Shown here piece by piece: positions 20,361-30,474 of a stretch of DNA of 64,000 nt. The notes below the pieces were generated by a model that saw only the letters and a list, made by a program, of their open reading frames with translations, was not told the DNA's origin and made no database searches. The position numbers and the translations under genes were made by a program. How positions within the stretch are numbered: position 1 is the stretch's first letter; each line of letters begins with the position of its first letter. The stretch is from Gemmatimonadaceae bacterium (GTDB taxonomy: Bacteria > Gemmatimonadota > Gemmatimonadetes > Gemmatimonadales > Gemmatimonadaceae), in NCBI GenBank assembly GCA_051859245.1, contig JBHYGA010000001.1, positions 352,001 through 416,000 on the forward strand, written 5' to 3'.

Positions 20361-21904
20361 GGACGTGCACCAACGGGGGGAATGACAAGCCGTACCTGAG
20401 TACCACCAGTGGACAGACTGTCAATCGACAACGTGCCGCCAGCCGCAGCGGCACGTTCGTATTGGCCGAGCAGACCGAGCGAACACCGATCAGACAGCTC
20501 GGCCTCGGTGATGCCGCGTCCGTCATCGCTGATCACCACAACAACCTGCGTGTCGTCGGCTTGCATTGAAACATGCACCGTACGTGCCCCCGCATGCCGC
20601 GCTACGTTGGTGAGCGCCTCCTGCACAATGCGAAACACCGTCGTGCGCGCGTTGCTGTCGAGCGGGGGATCCGTTGCCGGCAAATCCACAGCCACACGCA
20701 CGTTCGACATGCGTGCAAATCGCTGTGCCTGCCACTCCAGCGCCGCGACGATGCCGAGATCGTCCAGCACGGCGGGACGCAACTCCGTGGCGATGCGGCG
20801 CACCACGTTCATGGCGCCCGCAATCCGCTCGAGCGCGTCCGCGACACGCTCACGAGCTGGCGCAGCATCGAGCGGCAAGTGAGCGTGCGTCCACGCAAGA
20901 TCCAGCTTGACGCCCGTGAGCAACTGTCCGAGTTCATCGTGAATCTCCCGCGAAATGGCGCGCCTTTCCTCTTCGCGGACGTGCTGCTGTCGACTGGCCA
21001 GTGCACGCAACTGCTGTCGTGAGGCCTCTACTTCCGCTTCGGCCAATCGTCGATCTGTGACATCATGCGCGATGGTCAGTACGCACATGGTGCCTTGCAG
21101 TTCAATGAGTGTTGACGACAACTGCGTGATCTCACGACGGCCATCCCGCGTATAACCCGCGAACTCGAGATCGACCACGGTGCCCTCGCGACGCAAGCGT
21201 TCGATGTATCGCTCGCGCGCGGCGGGTTCCTGCCACAGCCCGAGTTCCACCGACGTGCGACCGATGACCTCTTCCCTGGTGCGCCGAAGATCGCGCAGGA
21301 ACGCGTCGTTCACTTCCACGAATCGGCCATCGTCAAGTCGATTAATCGTGAGGCGAAAGGGCGAGAGCCGGAACGCCGCTTCGTAACGGGCTTCGGAATC
21401 ACGCAGCGCACGTTCCGCCTGATATCGCTCGGTCACATCGCGCTGTACGCCGAAATGTCCGGCAATGCGACCGTCCGGCGTGTAGAGGCACATGTACTCG
21501 CCGTCAATGCGCACTGGCGCGCCATCTTCACGGCGTTCGTCGGTTTCGTAACGCGCCTGTCCGTTGTCGAAGAACTCCGCCCACATGCGACGTCCCTCGG
21601 CAATGTCGTGTGCGTAGAAGTCAGCCGGCGTCCGTCCGAGAAATGAATCACGGGTCGCTTGATATTGCTGTAACATCGCGTCATTCACACGTGTGATTCG
21701 CTGGTGAGCAAACGCGTAGTCGAGCAGCGCTTCGCGGTTTGACTCACTGTGGTTCCAGGGGATGGGCGTATCGAGCATCATGAAGAACGCGCCCGTCAGC
21801 GATTGACTGAAGAACAGTTCGAGCAGGTCACGATCTGCCAGTGACGCTCCACCCGCGATCTCGGTCATCACCAGGCTCCAGGGCGTGAGGACTTGGGAGG
21901 CCAC
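20357..21904 (-). CDS. Soluble PAS-PAS sensor histidine kinase (HisKA_3)
   Basis: Two PAS/PAC repeats (QRDVTER, AHDVTDR); ISREIHDELGQ H-box; QEALTNVARHA; DDGRG; no TM. Confidence 0.92.
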   Translation of the reverse strand: MASQVLTPWSLVMTEIAGGASLADRDLLELFFSQSLTGAFFMMLDTPIPWNHSESNREALLDYAFAHQRITRVNDAMLQQYQATRDSFLGRTPADFYAHDIAEGRRMWAEFFDNGQARYETDERREDGAPVRIDGEYMCLYTPDGRIAGHFGVQRDVTERYQAERALRDSEARYEAAFRLSPFRLTINRLDDGRFVEVNDAFLRDLRRTREEVIGRTSVELGLWQEPAARERYIERLRREGTVVDLEFAGYTRDGRREITQLSSTLIELQGTMCVLTIAHDVTDRRLAEAEVEASRQQLRALASRQQHVREEERRAISREIHDELGQLLTGVKLDLAWTHAHLPLDAAPARERVADALERIAGAMNVVRRIATELRPAVLDDLGIVAALEWQAQRFARMSNVRVAVDLPATDPPLDSNARTTVFRIVQEALTNVARHAGARTVHVSMQADDTQVVVVISDDGRGITEAELSDRCSLGLLGQYERAAAAGGTLSIDSLSTGGTQVRLVIPPVGARP

Positions 21905-22083
21905 GGCACGAACCGCTCGCGCCCGCGACCGTCAATAATCGGCTCTCGTGAATCACTCCACGCAAGGGAGGATAGACCGGCCGGTTCGCGGATGGCATCG
22001 GTGCAAACCGCGGGTGCGTGCGGGACGATTAGACGCACGGCTGTCAGCGTGTGTCCGACGGCGAACGCGAGCGGCATGGCGGG

Positions 22084-23991
22084 CTAATGCACCACGACGG
22101 GGATTGCGCCACGCTGCCGGAGCGCTGGCGGCATCTCCGACATGGAGTGGTGTAGCAGGTACGTTCCACGGTGCCTGAGCGTAAACTCGACGTCGTGAAT
22201 TTCTCCCGGGCCGAACAGCACGCGCGCCGGTCCCGCCACGCGCTGCCGCTGCGGTAGGTGGGCGCCGTCCTTTGCCACCGGCGTCCATGTCGCCGGAAAC
22301 ACGAACTGCATCAGCGACACATTGAGAGTGTAGTCCGTGCGGATATTGATGAGACGCAGTCGGTATGTAACGCCCACTGAAAGGTGCAGTGTATCGGCGC
22401 TCAATTTGCCGTTCACTCGCGTCGCAGGAAACGGACCGCTGATCAGATTGCCGGTCGGGCCGTCGTCGCTGAAGAGCAGGACGCGATCCGTCTCTGGTGA
22501 CCAGCGTTCTGTTGAATCGAGCACGATGATCGCTCCGTGCAGCCCGGATGATATCTGCCCGATCTCGTTGAAGTGCGAGTGATACATGAACGTGCCGGCT
22601 CGTGTTGGCGTGAAGCGCACGGTCAGCGAATCGCCGGTCGCGATTGCCGGCAGTACAGTGTTGCCTTCGCCACTAAATCCCGGCACACCATCGGGAAAGC
22701 TCTCGAGCTCAATGCCATGCCAGTGCACGGCGGCCGGCTCGTGTGACCGGTTCACGATCCTGACTGCGACCGGCTCATTCCGTGTGAGCACGAGCGTTGG
22801 CCCATTCGCGGTGAAATCACGACCGGCGGCAGTGCTGTCGTCTCCGAAACGATAGCGGTATCCCGGTTGCGCACCGAACACGTTTGGGTGCGAATCGATG
22901 AGCAGTCGAAGCGGGCGATGGGTCGCGGGAGGCTCCGGTGTAGTACCACGAGGCGCCACGTAGATGCCCATCACCATGCCGGCCATCGCGTGCGAATGTG
23001 CACTATGCCCTGATGCCGCTGACGCAACACCGCGCGTTGTGCTGAGCGAGGCGATATGCGACATGTGTGTTGCCACATGGCAATGCAGCAGCCAGTTGCC
23101 GGGGCGCGACGGAGACCAGGTGAACTCCATCGTGCCCCCTGCAGACATGAGCTCGGTCACCGCCTGGCGTTGATCTTGCGCGGCGTACGTGGTGTATCGC
23201 GAGCCATCGCCAACGCCGTCCACACGAAAATAGAAGCCATGCAGATGCATGGGATGGTTCAGAATCGTCATGTTGATCCACCGCCAACGCAGCGAATCGC
23301 CCTGCGCTACATGCAGGGGCTCGGTGTGTGGCCATGACTGGCCGTTAATCGCGATGGTAAGTCGCTCCACCCCGGTCGTACTCGTCGCGTCCAGTTTGTA
23401 CCACCACGAAATCAGGAACACGCGATCGTCTCGCACGACAGCATCCGAACCATCGATGACGATCGCACCGTTGAGCTGACTGTCTTCATCACCACGCGTC
23501 AACCACTGTGCTCGTGAGGTCTTGCCAGCGTAGTAAAAGGTCCCGGGCGCCGTTGCGTAAAATGCGAACGTATGCCGTGCGCCCGGCGCAATGCTCACGC
23601 TATCTGCTGCGAGTCCAAGAGTGCTGCCGAGACCACGCAGCGTAAGGGCTTTCGCGAGCTGATTATGCACCACCACCACCACACGCATGCCTTGGCGCGC
23701 GCGAATCACGGGTCCGGGATTCTGCAGTGTCTTACCTACCTCGGCGAACGCGGCCACGTCCAGACCGAGTCCGCTTCGACTTTCGGGATGCCAACGTCCC
23801 ATTCGCGTTTCCAACTCGACGAACAACGTGTCGCCACGAATGACACCCGCCGTCACGCGGTTGTCATTGGGCGAGACATCGCTCACAACGTGCCGCAGGG
23901 TGTCACGTGCAGGTTCTGCATGTGTTGTTGTCGCGGCGACCATCAAGGCAGCGCCTGCTCCAACCGAGCACATCAATATCACTTTGCGCAT
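22084..23991 (-). CDS. Secreted multicopper oxidase, four cupredoxin domains
   Basis: HPMHLHG, WLLHCHVATH, VHWHG, FMYHSH copper motifs; signal peptide. Confidence 0.88.
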   Translation of the reverse strand: MRKVILMCSVGAGAALMVAATTTHAEPARDTLRHVVSDVSPNDNRVTAGVIRGDTLFVELETRMGRWHPESRSGLGLDVAAFAEVGKTLQNPGPVIRARQGMRVVVVVHNQLAKALTLRGLGSTLGLAADSVSIAPGARHTFAFYATAPGTFYYAGKTSRAQWLTRGDEDSQLNGAIVIDGSDAVVRDDRVFLISWWYKLDATSTTGVERLTIAINGQSWPHTEPLHVAQGDSLRWRWINMTILNHPMHLHGFYFRVDGVGDGSRYTTYAAQDQRQAVTELMSAGGTMEFTWSPSRPGNWLLHCHVATHMSHIASLSTTRGVASAASGHSAHSHAMAGMVMGIYVAPRGTTPEPPATHRPLRLLIDSHPNVFGAQPGYRYRFGDDSTAAGRDFTANGPTLVLTRNEPVAVRIVNRSHEPAAVHWHGIELESFPDGVPGFSGEGNTVLPAIATGDSLTVRFTPTRAGTFMYHSHFNEIGQISSGLHGAIIVLDSTERWSPETDRVLLFSDDGPTGNLISGPFPATRVNGKLSADTLHLSVGVTYRLRLINIRTDYTLNVSLMQFVFPATWTPVAKDGAHLPQRQRVAGPARVLFGPGEIHDVEFTLRHRGTYLLHHSMSEMPPALRQRGAIPVVVH

Positions 23992-24249
23992 ACGTCTCTC
24001 TGCAATGCTGATTCGGACAGAACATCAGGATGAGCCGATATGCTAGCGACGCCGCACTCCCGAATGGCGTGACTTCCGGAACGTCCTACAGAGATTGTTA
24101 TTGGGCGCTGGCACACGGACGATCGGACCGGTGCGCACGCTGCGTGAAGCAGTTGGCGCAGGCACGCGCGAACGTGTCGCGGCGCGCAGGGTGACAGCGC
24201 GCACGTACACAATGCGCGCTTTCGTCACACTCAACATGTAACTCCCCCC

Positions 24250-24268
24250 GGGGCTTGCCACAAGCGGG
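24250..24268. promoter_or_regulatory. RAE-like inverted repeat GGGGCTTGCCACAAGCGGG
   Basis: GCTTG-N3-CAAGC core, flanked by C6 (24244-49) and G7 (24266-72), 57 bp before the ATG of a Rox-like gene; resembles the remembered RAE consensus. Confidence 0.6.
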
Positions 24269-24325
24269 GGGGCAGGTGACATCATCGGCGGCTCGCCGCA
24301 ACAGCCCATTTCTTCGGAGGACAAC

Positions 24326-25831
24326 ATGGACGAGTCGCTCAACACACGTTCGTTACACAACATGCAACACGCGGTGGTGGTCGTTGGTGCAGGACCAACC
24401 GGACTGATGCTGGCTGGTGAGCTCGCATTAGCCGGCGTCGACGTGGTCATCATCGAACGTCGGGGAAACCAGCAGCTGATGGGAGCACGTGCTGGCGGGT
24501 TGCATGCACGCACCATCGAAGTGTTTGATCAGCGTGGCATTGCAGATCGGTTTCTCGCCGACGCCATGAAGTATCCCTCCGTTGGCTTTGCGGGCGTCTC
24601 ACTCGATATCAGTGATTTCCCGACGCGCCACCACTATCTGCTTGCACTCTGGCAAACACACATCGAACGGATTCTTGCGGCGTGGGTCGGCGAACTGCGT
24701 GTTCCCATTCACTACGGCGTGGCGGTCGACACTTTTACGCAGCACGACACGCATGTGGAGATCGGCCTCACGGCCGGTCAACGCGTATCAGCGCAGTTTC
24801 TGGTGGGATGCGACGGCGGCCGCAGTACGGTGCGAAACGTCGCCGGCATCGAGTTTGTCGGCACGGATCCGACAACCAGCAATCTCATCGCCGAGGCACA
24901 GCTCATGAGTGAACCGACGGCGTGGGGAATTCGTCGAGACGCGGTGGGCATTCACTCATTGAGCAAGAAAGATGACGGCCGAACGGTGCGCGTGCTTGTG
25001 ACTGAACAGAATGCCGGTGCTACGTCGGAGCCAACAATGCGCGAGCTGAGCGATGCGCTCATCGCCGTGTACGGAACGGACTACGGTATTCATTCTCCCA
25101 CGTGGCTGTCGCGTTTCACGGATGCCACACGACAGGCCATTCGTTATCGGGACCGACGTGTGCTTCTCGCAGGTGACGCGGCGCACATACATCCACCCGA
25201 CGGCGGACACGGTTTACAAACCGGTGTCCAGGACGCGGTTAACCTCGGCTGGAAGTTGGCGCAGGTTGTGAAGGGAATCTCGCCCGACACCTTGCTCGAT
25301 TCGTACCACGAAGAGCGTCATCCGATTGGGGCGCGCGTCCTGCAGAATACGATGGCGTCTGTGGTGCTCCGACGCGCCGACGACCGGACACAAGCGCTGC
25401 GAGACACAATCACAGAGCTGCTCGCGTTCGATGAGCCGCGAAAGCACGTTGCGGCGCTGATGTCTGGCCTCGATGTGCGCTATAACCTTGGTGACGGACA
25501 CGAACTGCTCGGTCGACGTATGCCCGATCTTGACATCGTCACCGCTCATGGACCGCAGCGCGTGTTCACGCTGCTGCACGCGGCGAAGCCGCTGGTGTTC
25601 AACTTTGGCCAACTGCCGAGCATCGATATCACGCCGTGGCGTGATCGCGTAATGATCGTGGATGCGGAATACCACGGTGTGTGGGAACTACCGGCCATCG
25701 GCGCGGTGCGGGCGCCAACTGCCGTCCTGGTTCGGCCAGACGGATACGTTGCATGGGTGGGCGACGCCACGCGGCGTGGTCTGTCAGAGGCGCTCACGCT
25801 CTGGTTCGGACCAGCAGCGGTAATCGATTGA
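24326..25831 (+). CDS. FAD-dependent monooxygenase, rifampicin monooxygenase (Rox)-like
   Basis: GAGPTGLMLAGEL, GLHARTIEVFDQRG, VGCDGGRSTVR, WLSRFTDATRQA.RYR..RVLLAGDAAHIHPP.GG.G, RYNLGDGHELLGRRM, AVLVRPDGYVAW; RBS GGAGG. Confidence 0.8.
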   Translation: MDESLNTRSLHNMQHAVVVVGAGPTGLMLAGELALAGVDVVIIERRGNQQLMGARAGGLHARTIEVFDQRGIADRFLADAMKYPSVGFAGVSLDISDFPTRHHYLLALWQTHIERILAAWVGELRVPIHYGVAVDTFTQHDTHVEIGLTAGQRVSAQFLVGCDGGRSTVRNVAGIEFVGTDPTTSNLIAEAQLMSEPTAWGIRRDAVGIHSLSKKDDGRTVRVLVTEQNAGATSEPTMRELSDALIAVYGTDYGIHSPTWLSRFTDATRQAIRYRDRRVLLAGDAAHIHPPDGGHGLQTGVQDAVNLGWKLAQVVKGISPDTLLDSYHEERHPIGARVLQNTMASVVLRRADDRTQALRDTITELLAFDEPRKHVAALMSGLDVRYNLGDGHELLGRRMPDLDIVTAHGPQRVFTLLHAAKPLVFNFGQLPSIDITPWRDRVMIVDAEYHGVWELPAIGAVRAPTAVLVRPDGYVAWVGDATRRGLSEALTLWFGPAAVID

Positions 25832-25939
25832 CGTTGCGCTGACTGCTCGTGGCTCGCGTACTCGCTCGCCCTGATGGTATTCTTTGAAGCGTACCGCCGT
25901 GCACAAAACGAAACCCGCTCCTCGATTCCCTTCGGCACG

Positions 25940-28759
25940 ATGAACGAAGAAACGCCGCGCAATACCATCGCATCGCCCACCGACCATCTCGACCAACCGC
26001 TACGCGATGATATTCGCTGGCTGGGGCGACTGCTCGGCGATACGGTGCGAGAGCAAGAGGGCGAGCACGTCTTCAATCTGGTGGAGTCGGTGCGGCGAAC
26101 GGCGGTTCGGTTTGCGCGCGAGGGCAAGCTGGAGGATCGCAGCGAACTGAACACCATGCTCCATGATCTGCCCGAGGGCACGATGTTGTCGGTGGTGCGC
26201 GCCTTCACCTACTTCCTGCAACTGGCGAACATCGCAGAAGATGCGCACCAGATACGGCAGCAGCGAGACGCTGACCTTGCCGGCACACTGCGTGGCGAAG
26301 GCAGCGTGGCACACGCACTGCGCGTGCTTCGCCGCGATCCACGATACGGCGCGGCGGCAGAGCGCATCGCCAATGCGCTGCTCGACTTTTTCAACGACGC
26401 GCATATTTCGCCCGTGCTTACGGCCCATCCCACTGAAGTACAGCGGCAAAGCACCCAGCGCGCATTGCAAGGTATTCTCACGCTAATCGATCGGCGCGAC
26501 CGCGTGAAACAAACGCCGGATGAATTGCACGAGAGCAACGCCAAGCTGGTCCGACTGGTGCTTACGTTATGGCACACGCGCATGGTGCGTCCTAATCGTT
26601 TGCACGTGATCGACGAAGTGAAGAACTGCGTTCACTACTTCGAGCAGACCTTTCTTCAGGAACTGCCACGGCTGTACGGGTACACTGAAGACCTCATGCG
26701 TGCAGAGCTGCCCGGGCATGAGTGGCAGTTGCCGAGCTTCTTTCGCGTGGGCAGCTGGATTGGCGGGGACCGCGACGGCAATCCGTTTGTGAACGCGTCG
26801 GTACTCACAGAAACCGTTCGCCTGCAGAGTGGTGCGGCATTCAATCACTATTTGCACGAAGTACATTTGCTCGGCGAAGAGTTGCCGCTGTCGGGCATGT
26901 TGCTCCCGGTGAGCGCAGAACTGAAGGCACTCTCGGACGCCTCGCCGGACCGTCAGCCGCAGCGACTCGACGAGCCGTACCGACGCGCGCTCATTGGCAT
27001 CTACGCGCGACTCGCCTCAACAGCGCGTGCCCTGGATGTCGTCGCCACCTCGCGTTCGTCGGTGGCAACGGCAGCGCCGTATGCCAGCGCTGCCGAGTTC
27101 GCACGCGACCTCCAGATCATTCGTGACTCGCTGGCAGAGCACCGGGTTGAACGCCTCACGGTGGGTCGACTTCGGCGTCTGATCCGCGCGGTTGATGTGT
27201 TCGGGTTTCATCTGGCGCCGCTGGATCTTCGCCAAAACGCCGACGTGCACGAACGGGTCGTGGACGAGTTGTTGCGCGCCGCTGGCGTGTGCGATGACTA
27301 TCGCGCGCTTGCTGAACCAGAGCGCATCGCGCTGCTCGAACGGGAGCTACGAGGCATGCGTCCGTTGTACGCCACCTATCTCGGGTACAGCGACGAAACG
27401 CGAGGTGAGCTGGACATCGTGTTCGCTGCGTCTGCATTGCGCGCGCAGTTCGGGAACGAGGCTTTACCGCACTACATCATTTCGAAGTGTGACGGCGTCT
27501 CCGATCTGCTCGAGGTCGCAGTATTGCTGAAAGAAGCGGCGTTGATGTCGAGTGGCGATGCGCCATCGTTGCGCATGGCAATTATTCCGCTCTTTGAAAC
27601 AATCGACGACCTGCGAAACGCTGCGCGTACCATGCGTGCGGCCTTCGCACTGCCTCTTTACCGATCACTCGTCACATCAATGGGCAATGTGCACGAAGTG
27701 ATGCTGGGCTATTCCGATAGCAATAAGGACGGAGGGTTTCTGACATCCGGCTGGGAGTTGTATCAAGCGGAACTCGCGTTGATGCAACTGTTCAAGGAAG
27801 AGGGTGTGACGCTGCGCCTTTTTCATGGCCGCGGTGGTTCAGTGGGGCGGGGTGGAGGGCCAAGTTATCAGGCGGTGCTCGCCCAGCCCGCCGGTGTGGT
27901 GAACGGACAGATTCGTATCACCGAACAAGGCGAAGTGATCACGTCAAAGTACTCTACTCCAGAAGTTGGTCGTCGCAACCTTGAGCGGCTCATGGCGGCC
28001 ACCATCGAAGCCACGCTCACGGATCACGAGTCGGCGGTCGAGCCTGCAGAGATGTTTCATCCGGTGATGGACCGACTGTCGGCGCTTGCGTTTCGCGCCT
28101 ACCGTGCGCTCGTCTACGAAACACCTGGCTTTACGCAGTACTTTCACGAATCAACGCCACTGTCGGAGATTGCCACGCTCAACATTGGGAGTCGCCCGTC
28201 GTCACGTGCGTCTTCAGGACGTATCGAAGACTTACGAGCGATTCCCTGGGTGTTTTCCTGGGCCCAGTGTCGTGTATTGTTGCCGGGATGGTACGGGTTT
28301 GGCAGCGCGGTCGACGCGTGGATCGACGAGAACGCCGACGGCATGGAGACGCTGCAGCGCATGGCGCGCACGTGGCCGTTCTTTCGTATGCTGCTCTCCA
28401 ACATGGCCATGGTGCTCGGCAAGTCCGACATGGCCGTGGCTTCACGCTACGCGGAGCTGGTCACCGATGTCGCGTTGCGTGCACAGATATTTGGCACGAT
28501 CGAAGCGGAGTGGCATCGCACGCGCCGCGCACTGCTGGCGATTACGGGACAGTCGCGTTTGCTCGGCGACAATCCCGATCTGGAACGCTCCTTCGCGAAT
28601 CGTGTGCCATACATGGATCCGCTCAATCACTTGCAGATCGCGCTGCTGCGACGGCATCGCGCAGCGGCGGCGAGCGATGCTGGCCCGGAGAACCGGATCG
28701 AACGTGGAATTCACCTGACGATCAACGGTATTTCGGCGGGGCTTCGGAATAGCGGGTGA
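25940..28759 (+). CDS. ppc: Phosphoenolpyruvate carboxylase
   Basis: VLTAHPTE, SWIGGDRDGNP, VMLGYSDSNKDGG, FHGRGGSVGRGGGP, LRAIPWVFSW, C-terminal GLRNSG. Confidence 0.97.
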   Translation: MNEETPRNTIASPTDHLDQPLRDDIRWLGRLLGDTVREQEGEHVFNLVESVRRTAVRFAREGKLEDRSELNTMLHDLPEGTMLSVVRAFTYFLQLANIAEDAHQIRQQRDADLAGTLRGEGSVAHALRVLRRDPRYGAAAERIANALLDFFNDAHISPVLTAHPTEVQRQSTQRALQGILTLIDRRDRVKQTPDELHESNAKLVRLVLTLWHTRMVRPNRLHVIDEVKNCVHYFEQTFLQELPRLYGYTEDLMRAELPGHEWQLPSFFRVGSWIGGDRDGNPFVNASVLTETVRLQSGAAFNHYLHEVHLLGEELPLSGMLLPVSAELKALSDASPDRQPQRLDEPYRRALIGIYARLASTARALDVVATSRSSVATAAPYASAAEFARDLQIIRDSLAEHRVERLTVGRLRRLIRAVDVFGFHLAPLDLRQNADVHERVVDELLRAAGVCDDYRALAEPERIALLERELRGMRPLYATYLGYSDETRGELDIVFAASALRAQFGNEALPHYIISKCDGVSDLLEVAVLLKEAALMSSGDAPSLRMAIIPLFETIDDLRNAARTMRAAFALPLYRSLVTSMGNVHEVMLGYSDSNKDGGFLTSGWELYQAELALMQLFKEEGVTLRLFHGRGGSVGRGGGPSYQAVLAQPAGVVNGQIRITEQGEVITSKYSTPEVGRRNLERLMAATIEATLTDHESAVEPAEMFHPVMDRLSALAFRAYRALVYETPGFTQYFHESTPLSEIATLNIGSRPSSRASSGRIEDLRAIPWVFSWAQCRVLLPGWYGFGSAVDAWIDENADGMETLQRMARTWPFFRMLLSNMAMVLGKSDMAVASRYAELVTDVALRAQIFGTIEAEWHRTRRALLAITGQSRLLGDNPDLERSFANRVPYMDPLNHLQIALLRRHRAAAASDAGPENRIERGIHLTINGISAGLRNSG

Positions 28760-28806
28760 GCCGCAGGTTGTCCTCACGAGATGCGAAGCTGCGCAGGGTG
28801 CGTTGA

Positions 28807-29193
28807 CTACCGGTCTGACGAATCATCGAACGGACCACGAAACAAGACGACACCGTACACACTTGCCATGATCAGCATCGGTGCCGTCACCATTCGGATC
28901 GCGAGCGTCGGATTGTTCGCCTTCAGCAAAGCGAGCGCACTCACGGTGTACAAAACCAGGTTGAGATTGACAGCCGGACGTCCGTAGATCCCTCCGAGAA
29001 TCATCGCACGCGAGTTCCAGTTGAACAACGCAACGCTCAGCCAGGCCGCGGCGATCATTTGACCTAGCCATGCGGCAGAGGAAGGCAGGCCCGGCACGAG
29101 CAGTGGAAGCAATACTTCACTTGCGAACAGCAGCGCCGTGCCGGCGAGTGCCAGCACCGCCGCGCTGATCACCGAGATGGTTGTGGAGATCAC
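28807..29193 (-). CDS. Hypothetical membrane protein
   Basis: Four hydrophobic segments; NW...ILGGIYGRP..N motif. Confidence 0.65.
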   Translation of the reverse strand: MISTTISVISAAVLALAGTALLFASEVLLPLLVPGLPSSAAWLGQMIAAAWLSVALFNWNSRAMILGGIYGRPAVNLNLVLYTVSALALLKANNPTLAIRMVTAPMLIMASVYGVVLFRGPFDDSSDR

Positions 29194-29315
29194 GATCAGT
29201 CCTCACGGTGAAGGGTATCCTGCGCAGGCGTATTGCCGAGTCGCCACGCGCGATGCAGCTTCTACTTGAGTACCTCACCAAAGCTCGTCGGCGCGCTCCT
29301 TGACTCCTCCTTCCG

Positions 29316-30470
29316 ATGACCGACTCTCGACGTGATTTTCTCCGCGCCAGCGCAGTACTCGGCGCCGCCTTCGCACTGAAACCGTCGCTGGCACACGCGA
29401 CTGAGCGCATCGCACAAACGTCGCCTACCCACACCGTGCACTCTGGCTCTGCGAAAAAGCTGCTGATCCTGGGCGGCACGGGTTTCATCGGGCCGAACAC
29501 CGTAAAATACGCGCTCGCACGCGGCCACGAAGTCACGATTCTCACGCGTGGGCGCAGCGCCACAAAGGTGGAAGGTGTCGAACACATCATCGCCGATCGA
29601 GAGGGCGACCTTGGCATGCTCTCCGCGCGAAAGTGGGACGCAGTGCTCGACAATAATGCGCGCGACTATCGCTGGGTGCAGCGCAGCACCAAGGCGCTGC
29701 GGAACTCGACGGATCAGTATCTCTTCGTCTCCTCGATCTCCGCGTATGCGACGCCGTCCATGAGCTACAACAATGCGGGCGACGTGCGCATGCAGCCCGT
29801 GGCTGAATCGTACGAGCGTTTCACGCCGCCGGCGAACTGGAAGGACGGAGACGACGCACCGTACGGGCTGACGAAAGCGATCTCAGAGAACATTGTGCAC
29901 GAAGTGTTTCCGGGACGCGCAACGGTGGTGCGCCCGGGGCTTATTGTTGGTCCAACGGATCCCACGGATCGCTGGACGTACTGGCCGGTGCGTGTTGATG
30001 AAGGCGGCGAAGTGCTTGCACCCGGCAATCCGAATCATTCGTCGCAGGTTATTGATCAGCGCGACCTGACGGAGTGGATTGTCCGTCTCGCCGAGTCTGG
30101 TACGGTTGGAGATTTCAACGCAACAGGCCCGGCGACGCGCATGACATTCGCCGAGATGCTCGCTGGATGTCGCGCTGTGACGTCGTCACCAGTGCGATTC
30201 ACATGGGTGTCGGAAGCGTTTCTTGCCGAGCAGAAGGTCGCGATCTGGAGTCAAATGCCCGCCTGGGCGCCAGGCGATCCGCTCATGTACGTGGACGTGT
30301 CGCGCGCCGTCGCGAACGGGCTGACGTATCGCCCACTCGCCGACACCGCGCGCGACACCATCGCATGGGATAAAGCTCGACCGGCGGCCGAGCGCGAGAA
30401 GCGCGCGGCGGGCATTTCTCGGGAGCGAGAGAAGGAGTTGCTCACACTTTGGCACCAGCGGAGCAAGTGA
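29316..30470 (+). CDS. Tat-exported NAD-dependent epimerase/dehydratase (extended SDR)
   Basis: SRRDFL Tat motif; LILGGTGFIG; YGLTK; VRPGLIVGP. Confidence 0.88.
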   Translation: MTDSRRDFLRASAVLGAAFALKPSLAHATERIAQTSPTHTVHSGSAKKLLILGGTGFIGPNTVKYALARGHEVTILTRGRSATKVEGVEHIIADREGDLGMLSARKWDAVLDNNARDYRWVQRSTKALRNSTDQYLFVSSISAYATPSMSYNNAGDVRMQPVAESYERFTPPANWKDGDDAPYGLTKAISENIVHEVFPGRATVVRPGLIVGPTDPTDRWTYWPVRVDEGGEVLAPGNPNHSSQVIDQRDLTEWIVRLAESGTVGDFNATGPATRMTFAEMLAGCRAVTSSPVRFTWVSEAFLAEQKVAIWSQMPAWAPGDPLMYVDVSRAVANGLTYRPLADTARDTIAWDKARPAAEREKRAAGISREREKELLTLWHQRSK

Positions 30471-30474
30471 CGTT

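Noticed and set aside
21995..22070. GCAAACC...GGGACG resembling a c-di-GMP-I riboswitch
   Set aside because: Lacks the GNRA loop and the following GCAAAGC element, and lies antisense to both flanking genes.
24071..24090. TTCCGGAACGTCCTACA as a possible response-regulator site upstream of the oxidase
   Set aside because: Weak symmetry, single occurrence, no second copy to support it.
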